In this document: positions 38,644-47,705 of the stretch, piece after piece
Numbering within the stretch: the stretch's first letter is position 1
Layout: every line of letters begins with the position of its first letter
Position numbers and translations under genes: made by a program
Origin: Candidatus Tectimicrobiota bacterium
GTDB taxonomy: Bacteria; JACPUC01
DNA length: 64,000 nt
Assembly: GCA_016192455.1 (NCBI GenBank)
Contig: JACPUC010000006.1
Location: 62,001-126,000 of the forward strand
Direction: 5' to 3'
The notes under the pieces: model-generated
Databases searched by the model: none
What the model saw: only the letters and a program-made list of their open reading frames with translations
What the model was told of the DNA's origin: nothing

Positions 38644-40263
38644 ATGCCTGATTTTGGCAGGTGGCGAGAATCCGTTGATTTCACCCTGGCGTGCCGGCGC
38701 TACGTCATCGGCGAAGTGCTGGCCAAGCATGCGCGGAGCGAACCCCGCAAGCTGGCCTTCGTGGACTACACGCGCGGCAAGCGCTTCAGCTACGACGAGC
38801 TGAACCGCCGCGTCAACCGCCTGGCGCGGGCGCTCCAGGGGTTGGGGATCGTCGCCGGCGACAAGGTGGCCTTCCTCTTCTTCAACTCGCACGAGATCAT
38901 CGAGTGCTACTTCGCCTGCGCCAAGATCGGCGCCATCGCCGTGCCCCTGAACTTCCGCTTCTCGCCGGACGAGCTGGGGTATTGCCTGGAACAGTCCGAT
39001 GCCTGCTGTGTCATCCATGGGGGCGACTTCGCGGCGACGCTGAACGGCCTTCGTTCGAAGCTGCCCTTGGTAAGGGCGTACGTCTGCGCCGAGGGGGCGG
39101 CCGGGTCCCACGACCATGACTACGAGACGCTCCTCGCCGCGGCCGAGGAGTCGGAACCGGGCGTCCTCGTTGACGATGATGACTATGCGCAGATTTTCTA
39201 TACCTCGGGCACCACGGGGTTCCCGAAAGGGGCGCTGCTGACGCATCGCAACTACCTCACCCACGCGCCCTGCTACCTGCTCGAGCTGGCGCAATCGCCC
39301 GGCGGCATCAGCCCGCGCGATGTCTACCTGCAGAACTCCCCCCTCTTTCACGCCGGCGGCTGGGGCTTGACTTTCTCCCACCTCTGGTTCCGCAACACTG
39401 TGGTGACGCTGCGCGCCTTCGACGCGGAGAAGCTCCTGGAGTGCATCGAGCGCGAACGGGTCACCATCACCTGGCTGGTCGCCACCATGTCCACCTTCGT
39501 CCTCGGCTCACCGAAGTTCGGCGACTACGACACCTCCAGCCTGCGCATCTGCGTCTCCGCCGGTTCGCCTCTGCCCACGGTCTTGAAAGAGAAGCTGCGC
39601 GAGAAGTTTTCCGGCCTGCACGTCATCGACGTCCTGGGGCAGACCGAGCTCTCCGCCGGCATCATGGCCCTGGCGCACCCGGAGGACGTGAGGAGGAAAG
39701 TGGCCTGTGTGGGTCGGCCGCTGACGATGACCGAGGCGAAGGTGGTCGATGACACGGGGCGCGAGCTGCCGGCGGGAGAGGTGGGGGAGATCGTCTACCG
39801 CAGTCCGCAGCTTGCGGCCGGCTACTACAAGAAGCCGGCCGAGACCATCGAAGCCTACCATGATGGCTGGTTTCACTCGGGCGACCTGGCGCGCCGCGAT
39901 GACGAGGGGTTTTTCTACCTTGTCGATCGCAAACACGACAAGATCGTTTCGGGAGGCGAGAACATCTTCCCCACCGAAGTGGAGGAGGTTCTCTACACCC
40001 ACCCGAAGGTTGAGAACTGCTGCGTTGTCGGGGTCCCCGACCCGCTGTGGGGCGAGGCGGTAAAGGCCGTGGTGGTGTTGAAATCGGGGGCGGAGGCCAG
40101 CGGACGGGAATTGATCGACTACTGCGTGGGGAAGATCGCCGATTACAAGAAGCCGAAGAGCGTCGACTTCGTCAACGACCTTCCCCGCAGTTCGGTTGGC
40201 AAGGTGTTGCGCCGCGAGGTGCGCGCCCAGTACCAGCAGGAGAAGACGTACTACACGACGTGA
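38644..40263 (+). CDS. AMP-forming acyl-CoA synthetase
   Basis: YTSGTTGFPKG, PLFH, GQTE, GWFHSGD, SGGENI, LPRSSVGK. Confidence 0.95.
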   Translation: MPDFGRWRESVDFTLACRRYVIGEVLAKHARSEPRKLAFVDYTRGKRFSYDELNRRVNRLARALQGLGIVAGDKVAFLFFNSHEIIECYFACAKIGAIAVPLNFRFSPDELGYCLEQSDACCVIHGGDFAATLNGLRSKLPLVRAYVCAEGAAGSHDHDYETLLAAAEESEPGVLVDDDDYAQIFYTSGTTGFPKGALLTHRNYLTHAPCYLLELAQSPGGISPRDVYLQNSPLFHAGGWGLTFSHLWFRNTVVTLRAFDAEKLLECIERERVTITWLVATMSTFVLGSPKFGDYDTSSLRICVSAGSPLPTVLKEKLREKFSGLHVIDVLGQTELSAGIMALAHPEDVRRKVACVGRPLTMTEAKVVDDTGRELPAGEVGEIVYRSPQLAAGYYKKPAETIEAYHDGWFHSGDLARRDDEGFFYLVDRKHDKIVSGGENIFPTEVEEVLYTHPKVENCCVVGVPDPLWGEAVKAVVVLKSGAEASGRELIDYCVGKIADYKKPKSVDFVNDLPRSSVGKVLRREVRAQYQQEKTYYTT

Positions 40264-40442
40264 GGGCCTGGGGCAGGGGGGCAACTCGATGGCCGGTTGA
40301 CGTTCACGAGGCGGACGAAACTGCACCATGAGCGTGCGGAGCAAACATGCCGCCGGATTGAGACCGCCGGCTCAGGCCCGTCGACGAAGGGCAGTGCCGC
40401 CCGCGCGTGGATTCTTTGCGAGCCACGGTCAGTCGAACGGAA

Positions 40443-41939
40443 TTATCGCATCAGCAACAAGGACCGGAGTGACACAGGAACAATTCTCGCATCAAGGACT
40501 TCCACGTTTTCGAGCATCGTTACCAGGACGGCGAACGGGGCGTTGTAGTGGGTCTTCTCAAGGAATGACCGCAGCCCGAGCGTGTCGCGGTGCGCATCGA
40601 TCCGCCGACGATACTTCACTTCAACAGGGATTCGCTTCTCTCCAATTGTCAGCACGTAGTCGACCTCCGGTTCCGTGGCGCGCTCCGGGAAGTGTGCCAG
40701 ATCGAGGTGCGGAATAGCGGTGAAGAATGCGCCGACTATGCTCTCCGCAATGTGACCGGCTAGGTCCGTCAAGTGGGGAGCGGCCTCAAGTTTTTGAGGG
40801 TCAAGCGGGATACTTTCTTCTAACCAGCTCGCCCTCAACCCATGGTCCGCGACGCAGAGCTTGAAGGCGCCACGCACCCTTTTCAGCCGCAGCTCGAGGG
40901 GGCGCACCAGCCGCAGCAGCAGGGAACTCTCCAGGAACTGGAGATAGGTGCGGATCCGTTGCCAACCGATATTGGCGCCCAGAACATCCTTGAGTTCAGT
41001 GATTAAGGTTGCCGGCGCTGGGGCCTGCCCGGTGTACCGGCAGCCAAGGCGGAAAACCTCCTCGATCAACTGTGGGTCGCGTTTGCGCCCTCGCTCGCCA
41101 ACCCGAAGATCGTGCTGGATGACGCGACGGATCACCGTCTCATTGAGCTGATCCGCAACGGCCGGCCACTCCACCTCGGCGCGGGCGTGAGCTATCGGAT
41201 ACCCGCCCCTTTCGGCGAAAGCTGCAAAGGCGCGATCTCGCAACTCCCGATGACGTTCCCCATGCCTGTTGAGATCGCGCCAGAAGTCGATATCCAGAAG
41301 GCGCTCGAACCCGTTCGCAGGAAGCAAGGGATCGAGCTCCTCCCCGAACCGTAAGCCCGCAATCTCCCGCAGGAGAAGGGTCCCCATCTCGAGGGTTGTC
41401 ACCCGACCCGCCAAGCTCTCTCGACCTGCCTCGATGCGCAGGGCAGAGCTTCCCGTCACGACGACGTGGGCTGTGTGGTGGTCCACGAGTGCCTTGATTT
41501 GCGCCGCCCAATCGGAGAGATTCTGTACCTCATCGAAGAAGAGGTACGTTTGCTCTCCGCGATGCGCTGATTCATTTAGTGTGGCGCCAAGAATCTGGGT
41601 TTCGAACCAGCGAACGATCGCGAGGATCGGTTCGCTCAGGCGAGCTAGGCTCGGGAGATCGTCGAACTGGACACGGAGAATGCGCTTGGCGTTGACCCGC
41701 TCCTCTCCGAGGAGATGCTGGATGACTTGCTCTTGAACCGTGGTCTTCCCTACCTGGCGAACACCCCTCAGCACCACGGCGGGAGCCAAGCGTGTTTCCA
41801 ACTTTCCCAGAAGTGAATGAAAGGCCCACCGTCGGTATGTTGGTAAGATCTTCGCTGGCTTACCTTGCCACCACGGGTTCGTATTGCGTAAGAAGTCATC
41901 CAGCTCCGGCTTGTCGAAGATTTTCTGCCCACGAACCAT
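40443..41939 (-). CDS. AAA+ ATPase (AAA_14) with DUF4143-like / PD-(D/E)XK-type C-terminus
   Basis: NPWW, GVRQVGKTT, FFDEVQ, VTGSS, ESLAGR, GGYP, EVDYV...PVEVK; codon usage less GC-biased than neighbours. Confidence 0.88.
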   Translation of the reverse strand: MVRGQKIFDKPELDDFLRNTNPWWQGKPAKILPTYRRWAFHSLLGKLETRLAPAVVLRGVRQVGKTTVQEQVIQHLLGEERVNAKRILRVQFDDLPSLARLSEPILAIVRWFETQILGATLNESAHRGEQTYLFFDEVQNLSDWAAQIKALVDHHTAHVVVTGSSALRIEAGRESLAGRVTTLEMGTLLLREIAGLRFGEELDPLLPANGFERLLDIDFWRDLNRHGERHRELRDRAFAAFAERGGYPIAHARAEVEWPAVADQLNETVIRRVIQHDLRVGERGRKRDPQLIEEVFRLGCRYTGQAPAPATLITELKDVLGANIGWQRIRTYLQFLESSLLLRLVRPLELRLKRVRGAFKLCVADHGLRASWLEESIPLDPQKLEAAPHLTDLAGHIAESIVGAFFTAIPHLDLAHFPERATEPEVDYVLTIGEKRIPVEVKYRRRIDAHRDTLGLRSFLEKTHYNAPFAVLVTMLENVEVLDARIVPVSLRSLLLMR

Positions 41940-42175
41940 TACGTCTGAACTCCGGCAAAACTTCCCGCCGCTGCATCGGCTGGATCAGCGCTTTATCGAG
42001 AGGCAGCACTCCCCTAAATTCGTGACCTCAAGACAATCGACCAGCGCGGCGGCCTTGATCGGCTTCCACAGGACCAGGGCTGCCCCGGGCCGCGTCCGCC
42101 GGTGGACGGTGGACGGCGAATGAGCGGCACCAGTGAGCAACTGCAGCAGGCAGAGCCGTGTCCTCCCACGCAGGT

Positions 42176-43225
42176 CTACTTCTTCTTGAACGCGTCCCAG
42201 AACTTCACGAAACGGGCGTCCACCACCTCCTCGTACTTCAGCGGGCGCGAGATCAGCTTGTTGGTGGTGAGGAGGATGTTGTTGTTCTCCACGGCTTTCT
42301 TTGTGAGGTGCGGTGCGTAGCTGTGCAACTGCCGGCGGACGCTCTTGCGCAGCACCTCGGGGTTCGCATCGGGGAATTCCTTCTGCGCCACCTTCACCAC
42401 TTCCTCGAAATTCGCCGGATCAACCACGAAAGACTGTGCCCTCACCAACGTGCGCACCACCTTCTCGGCGGTGGCCAGGTTCTTCTCCAACCAGCTTACC
42501 CTCGCCTGGAGGCTCACGTAAGCGATCTCCTGGAAGATCTCCGGCCCCTCACCGGCCAAGATGTCAAACACGTAATCAGCCAGCTTCAGTGTATCAACCA
42601 GCATGGTGTTGAAGGGTTCGATGGCCATGGTTCCATCGATCTCACCTGCCTTCATGGCCGCGATGTGGGCCGGGAAGCCGAGGATCGGTTTGAGGATCGC
42701 ATCGCGGTCGGGATCGAGCTTCGCCGTCGTGAGCACGTAGCGGACCAGCATGTCGGCCAGACCGCCCCGCGCCAGGGTGGCGATGCGCAAGCCTTTCAGG
42801 TCATTGACCGTGGGCTTGCGGCCGAGCCGCTGCACGACGCTCTTCGACACCAGGATGCCGCCGTTGACCGGCCCCTGCACATTCATGAGCGCCCGCATCG
42901 GCTGGCCCTGGTCGATGACCTTGAACATGTTCTCGGTGGCCGCCGCCTGCATGTCGGTTGAGCCGCCAAGGATGGCGCGGGAGGCCTCCGCGCCGCCGCG
43001 GAAGTTGAAGATCTCCACGTCAAGCCCTGCCTCCTTGAACCAGCCGAGATTGTTCGCAACGTAGAGGGGGAGGCTGAAGAGGCTGCGCACGGAGCTGGCC
43101 AGCTTGAGTTTCTGGGCTTCAACCCCAGGGCTCCAGGAGAGAGAGAGAACGACGGTCATCACCAGGAGCAGAACCAGGCGGCTCTGCCGACGACGGATTG
43201 CGCGCGCACATGGATGCTCTCTCAT
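42176..43225 (-). CDS. NitT/TauT-type ABC substrate-binding protein
   Basis: Signal peptide, PLYVA...GWFKEAGLDVE, DLKG.RI, EP; RBS GGAGGAGG. Confidence 0.9.
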   Translation of the reverse strand: MREHPCARAIRRRQSRLVLLLVMTVVLSLSWSPGVEAQKLKLASSVRSLFSLPLYVANNLGWFKEAGLDVEIFNFRGGAEASRAILGGSTDMQAAATENMFKVIDQGQPMRALMNVQGPVNGGILVSKSVVQRLGRKPTVNDLKGLRIATLARGGLADMLVRYVLTTAKLDPDRDAILKPILGFPAHIAAMKAGEIDGTMAIEPFNTMLVDTLKLADYVFDILAGEGPEIFQEIAYVSLQARVSWLEKNLATAEKVVRTLVRAQSFVVDPANFEEVVKVAQKEFPDANPEVLRKSVRRQLHSYAPHLTKKAVENNNILLTTNKLISRPLKYEEVVDARFVKFWDAFKKK

Positions 43226-43353
43226 GGGATTCCTCCTCCAAGGCTCGACGAGAGCCCGCATGGTTCCCACGTAGCGGAACAGTGTGGAGCAGCACACCAA
43301 CGCCCCCGTATGGCCGCGGCTTCAGCCGCCGGCGGCGCGACCGGCGCGCCGCC

Positions 43354-44187
43354 CTAAAGCTGGCCCACCTGCGGGGGGCGCCACTTCAGGAGCCGTTTTT
43401 CCAAGCGCAGCATCAGAGCATTGAGGGCCACGGCCAAGAGCATGAGGGCGAGGAGGGGGACGAGGATGCCCGTGGTGTTGAAGGCGCCGCTGGCCCGATC
43501 GATCAAGAAGCCGATGCCCTTGGTGCTGCCGAGGAACTCGCCGACGACCGCCCCGATGTAGGCGAAAGCGACGCTGACGCGCAGACCGGCGAAAATCCAG
43601 GGGACGCTGTGCGGCAGCGTGATCTTCACGAAGATGTCGCGCTGCCGGGCCCCCAGCATGCGCAACGCGTTCACCAGAACGGGATCGATGCTGCGCGTTC
43701 CCGCGTAGGTGTTCACCAGCATGATCACGGCCACGAGGGAGAAGGCCAGCATGATCTTCGACAGCAGCCCAATGCCCACCCAGATGATGAGCAACGGCGC
43801 CAGGGCGACCCGCGGCAGGCTGTTCAACGCCATGATGTAAGGTTCGAGGACCTCCGCCAGGAGCTCCCAGCGGGCGAACAGAAAGCCGCCGGCGATGCCA
43901 ACCGCGGCGCCGAGCACCAGCCCGGCCAGCGATTCCCCGAGGGTGATGCCGGTGTGCAGGGGCAGCGAGCCATCGGCCAACATGGCGACGAACCGGCGCA
44001 CGAGACTCACCGGGCTGCTCACCCAGAACTCGCTGAGCACCTCCGTGCTGACCAGCCCTTGCCAGCTAACGAGGCACGCCAGAAGGAAGGCCAGCCGCAG
44101 CCCGAGCAGGCGGAGGCCCCGCGGCGCCGGGGCGCGCGCCTTTCGCCTGGCGGTTGACCTGCCTGCGGTGTCAGGCGCGGCTGCCAT
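43354..44187 (-). CDS. NitT/TauT-type ABC permease
   Basis: LPRVALAPL..IW.G.G, EAA-like loop LVNALRMLGA, GAVVGEF. Confidence 0.92.
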   Translation of the reverse strand: MAAAPDTAGRSTARRKARAPAPRGLRLLGLRLAFLLACLVSWQGLVSTEVLSEFWVSSPVSLVRRFVAMLADGSLPLHTGITLGESLAGLVLGAAVGIAGGFLFARWELLAEVLEPYIMALNSLPRVALAPLLIIWVGIGLLSKIMLAFSLVAVIMLVNTYAGTRSIDPVLVNALRMLGARQRDIFVKITLPHSVPWIFAGLRVSVAFAYIGAVVGEFLGSTKGIGFLIDRASGAFNTTGILVPLLALMLLAVALNALMLRLEKRLLKWRPPQVGQL

Positions 44188-45043
44188 ACGGCCGTTCTCC
44201 CTGCATGGTGCGCAGCACTTCCTTGCGCAACTGTTCCCAGAGAAGCGACCGGTGGTGCTGGAAGGAGGGATGGGTGCGGGCTTCGGTCGCTGAGCGCGGT
44301 CGCGGCAACTCGATCTCCTGCTCGAGCATCAGCCGCGCCGGTCGCGAGCTCAAGAGCAGGACACGGTCGGCGAGGGAGACCGCCTCATCGAGATCGTGGG
44401 TGATGAAGATCACCGTCTTGCGGCTGCGTTCCCAGATGGTCAGGAGTTCATCTTCGAGGAAGAGCTTGGTCTGGCTGTCGAGACTGGCGAATGGCTCGTC
44501 CATCAGGAGGATGTCGGGGTCGCGGATCAAGGTGCGGGCCAGGGAGACGCGCTGGCGCATCCCTCCGGAGAGCTGGTGGGGGTAGTTCTCCTCGAAGCCG
44601 GAGAGGCCGAAGGTGTTCAGCAGCTCACGCGAGCGGGCGTGCCGCTCCTTCTTCTCCACGCCGGCCAGCTCCAGGCTGATCTCCACGTTGCTGAGCACCG
44701 TGCGCCACGGCAACAGGGCATCACACTGGAACATGTAGCCCACGCGCGGGTGAGGGCCGTCGACCTCCTGGCCCAGGACCCTTACCACCCCCTCACCCGG
44801 CCACAGCAAGCCGGCGATGACGTTGAGCAACGTACTTTTGCCGCAGCCGCTCGGCCCAATGACCGACAGGAACTCCCCCGCCGGACACCTCAAGGTGATG
44901 TCCGCAAGCACGGCGACCGGACTGCCGCCGTCGCGAGCAAACGCCATGGAGAGCCGCTCGCACTCGACGGCGGGCGCCTGGCCTGGAGATTGCGCCGCCT
45001 TCGTGGGCGTCCATGATTCATCTGCGGGGCGAGACGTCGCCAT
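44171..45043 (-). CDS. NitT/TauT-type ABC ATPase
   Basis: GPSGCGKST, LLPWRT, LSGGMRQR, LLMDEPF, ITHD. Confidence 0.95.
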   Translation of the reverse strand: MATSRPADESWTPTKAAQSPGQAPAVECERLSMAFARDGGSPVAVLADITLRCPAGEFLSVIGPSGCGKSTLLNVIAGLLWPGEGVVRVLGQEVDGPHPRVGYMFQCDALLPWRTVLSNVEISLELAGVEKKERHARSRELLNTFGLSGFEENYPHQLSGGMRQRVSLARTLIRDPDILLMDEPFASLDSQTKLFLEDELLTIWERSRKTVIFITHDLDEAVSLADRVLLLSSRPARLMLEQEIELPRPRSATEARTHPSFQHHRSLLWEQLRKEVLRTMQGERPYGSRA

Positions 45044-45125
45044 CCCTTGAGACCTCATCTCCCTGAGAGCCCACGGAGCCCCACGGCTGGACCTCCTCGG
45101 CAGCGGCGCCGGCGCGTGCGGTACG

Positions 45126-46712
45126 CTACTCCACCCGCCGGCGCTGCTGCGCCAGCTTCTCGCCGGTCTTGAAATAGTCGCCACGCAGCGCCATCTCGGC
45201 CTCTTCCTCGAGCTCCTCGCTCCACTTCCCCAGGTTGTAGCCATGCCACGGCGACTTCAGCCGCAGCGGCGGCAGCCCCTCTCGCTCCCAGAGCTTCATG
45301 GCGTGCTCCATGAGGTCTTTCCTGGGAAGCGAGATGGGTGGGTAGGGCCACTTGCGCGTCGCATCAATCAGCAGCGCGGAGTTGCCGCTCGGAAACGGGA
45401 AGATGTCGGTCTCCCCCTGGGGTGACCCGGAGTGGTCGAGGAAGCCGGTTCTGCCCTGCACGACGAGCATATCCCGGTGCGGCTGCATGAAGTAGCACAG
45501 CGCCCAGTTCACCGCCTCGGGGTCGCGCGGGTCAACGGTCTCATCCACGGCGACGAAGATCTTGCCGATCGTCGGATCGAAGCCCACCGCCGTGTTCAGC
45601 GCTTGCATCGGCTGGCTGGGGTTGGTCTTCTTGAGCTGGATGACGATGTAGTGCCAAGCTCCGCCGGATTCATGGAAGGCCACATCCAGCACCCCGTCGA
45701 TGTTCGCGTGGTGCCTGAGGTGCTTGTAGAGCACCGGCTCATAGGCCATCTGCCGAATCTTGCTGCTCTCGCTCGGCGGGAACTGGCTGAGGATGGCGCC
45801 GTAGATGGCGTCGCGGCGATGGGTGATGCAGCTCACCTCGAAGTAGGGGTTGAACCGCCGCTCGCCGATGAAGCCGACGAACTCGCCGAAGGGGGCCTCC
45901 GGCTCGACGTACTCGGTGGTGATGTTTCCCTCGACGACGATCTCCGCCCAGGCCGGCACTTCGAGATCGACGGTCTTGCAGCGCACCAGCTCAACCGGCT
46001 CGCCGGCGAGCGCCCCGGCCACGCTCAATTCGTCGAGGCCGGGGAGCTTGGCCACCGCCGTGTACGAGAGGTGCGGCGGACAGCCGAGGATGAGGGCGGC
46101 CTGCAAGGGCTTGCCCTGCTGGCGACACTTCTGCCAGTGCAACCCCACGTCCTGGGTGGGGATGACGAAGATGCCGAGCCGGGTGGAGGATTTCAGGTGG
46201 CCCCGGTAGTTCCCCAGGTTGCGCAGGCCGGTTTCGGGATCGCGGGTGATCCAGTGGGACATCGTGGTGTAGGGCGCGCAGTCGAAGCCGGGGGTGGAGA
46301 TGGGGATGGGGATGCGGTCGAGCCCTTGCCCCTCCTTCAGAAGCTCATCCCCTTGCAGAACGACCTCGTGCACCGGCCCCTTCTCAACCAGGCGCGGAGG
46401 GATCGGATGGAGCTGCGCCTGCGTCCATTTCTCCAGCAACTGGCCGGCCTCGCACTGCATGCCAAGGCAGTAAATATCGCGCGATGCGGCAAGCGCGCCA
46501 ACCAGCACCGGCATGGCATAGCGGCGGCCGTTTGAATCCGTCACGTTTTCGAACAAGAAGGCCTTGCGTTCCTCCTCGGGGAGTCCGCGGAATTGCAGCC
46601 GCACCAGGGGCATCAACTCGGTATCCTTATTGATCTCGGAGCTGATTCTAATCAGCTTCCCGTGGCGCTCCAATTCCTCGACGTAGACATGCAGGTCTCG
46701 GTAGCCCGACAT
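45126..46712 (-). CDS. UbiD-family (prFMN-dependent) decarboxylase/carboxylase
   Basis: DL..Y...LE..GKL, DPETG.RNLGNYR, CKTVDLEVPA.AEIV.EG, EAPFGEF.G, VDE.VDP.D, IDAT.KW. Confidence 0.92.
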   Translation of the reverse strand: MSGYRDLHVYVEELERHGKLIRISSEINKDTELMPLVRLQFRGLPEEERKAFLFENVTDSNGRRYAMPVLVGALAASRDIYCLGMQCEAGQLLEKWTQAQLHPIPPRLVEKGPVHEVVLQGDELLKEGQGLDRIPIPISTPGFDCAPYTTMSHWITRDPETGLRNLGNYRGHLKSSTRLGIFVIPTQDVGLHWQKCRQQGKPLQAALILGCPPHLSYTAVAKLPGLDELSVAGALAGEPVELVRCKTVDLEVPAWAEIVVEGNITTEYVEPEAPFGEFVGFIGERRFNPYFEVSCITHRRDAIYGAILSQFPPSESSKIRQMAYEPVLYKHLRHHANIDGVLDVAFHESGGAWHYIVIQLKKTNPSQPMQALNTAVGFDPTIGKIFVAVDETVDPRDPEAVNWALCYFMQPHRDMLVVQGRTGFLDHSGSPQGETDIFPFPSGNSALLIDATRKWPYPPISLPRKDLMEHAMKLWEREGLPPLRLKSPWHGYNLGKWSEELEEEAEMALRGDYFKTGEKLAQQRRRVE

Positions 46713-46760
46713 CGCTTCAATCCTTCAGCGAAGGGAGTGAGATTGGAACCCCCGACTGAG

Positions 46761-46795
46761 TGCCAGTATATGCCAACGAATCCTCTCTTTGTCAA
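46761..46795 (-). promoter_or_regulatory. Promoter of the UbiD-ABC operon with TGGCA direct repeat over the -10
   Basis: Minus strand TTGACA...TGGCATATACTGGCA; TATACT lies 19 nt from the -35 (CATATA at 17 nt). Confidence 0.55.
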
Positions 46796-47007
46796 GCCAC
46801 GCTGCGCCATGGTGGTGGCAAGACCGGCGTGGCGGAGCGCGGCGAGTGTGTTTTTGCTGCTGGCTGTCGAGGTGGTGGCGGGGAGGGTTGGCGAAGCGTG
46901 CGAGAGGCGCGCGGTGGTTGAAGGGGCGTGGGGGATGCGTGCGCGCGCCCCGCGCGGAGCGCGCAGGCAGTGCAAGCCGCCCGGAGAGGGCCCTCGCCTC
47001 TCCCCAG

Positions 47008-47245
47008 GCAGTTCCCCATGGGCCTGCGGCCCGCCCGCAAGGTCATGAAAATAAGCGGACACTTCTTTCTCCGCAGGCTTCCATGCCATCGACCGTAGGG
47101 GCGGTTCGCGAACCGCCCCTACCATCCACATGCAAGGAACCGTGGAGGGAGGCGGACATCGGTGTGCCTCCGTGTCGAGCGCTGGTTCCTTCCCCTACCT
47201 TCTCTGCGTTCTCTGCGTCTCCGCGGTGCACTCCATTGAACCGCA
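47008..47245. repeat. Repeat cluster: ~45-nt element, perfect 28-bp REP palindrome, CTCTGCG-type repeat
   Basis: Copy of the 34935 element; GTAGGGGCGGTTCGCGAACCGCCCCTAC at 47095-47122; CTCTGCGTTCTCTGCGTCTCCGCGGT near 47202. Confidence 0.8.
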
Positions 47246-47483
47246 GAGGCGCAGCGGGCGCAGCGGTGAAGGACACCGGCCGCCCGAACGTCAGCCTCAC
47301 CGTCACGTCAAATCAACCACTTCGACGCTTATTTTCGAGGCAGATGGAGGGAGGGAGAGGGAGCGATGCTGGGGGGGGCTATGATGAGGGATGAAACCTC
47401 ATGGGCTGGCGCGGCTTCCTCGCCATCCAGGCAGCTATGGGAACCTCACCGCCGTCGCCTTGGAGCCGCTGCGGACGACGAGG

Positions 47484-47693
47484 CTAGCCATGCCGCCGGG
47501 AGCGCTCGCGGGCGCCTTCGCGCTGGCGCCGATCTGCCGCCTGCACCCGTTCGTCGACCTCGAGCAGGTCGGGATGCTCGGCATAGTACCTTGCCATGAA
47601 CTCCACGCGCCGCTCCTCTGGCTCGCCATCCTCGTTCTGGGCCAGCAAACGCCGGACGCGCTCGCGAAGATGGTCATCGGAACTCATCGCCAT
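47484..47693 (-). CDS. Small charged hypothetical protein, last gene of the molybdoenzyme operon
   Basis: RBS GGAGGAG, 12 nt after the cytochrome b stop; helical E/R-rich 69 aa. Confidence 0.6.
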   Translation of the reverse strand: MAMSSDDHLRERVRRLLAQNEDGEPEERRVEFMARYYAEHPDLLEVDERVQAADRRQREGARERSRRHG

Positions 47694-47705
47694 CGCTCCT
47701 CCACT

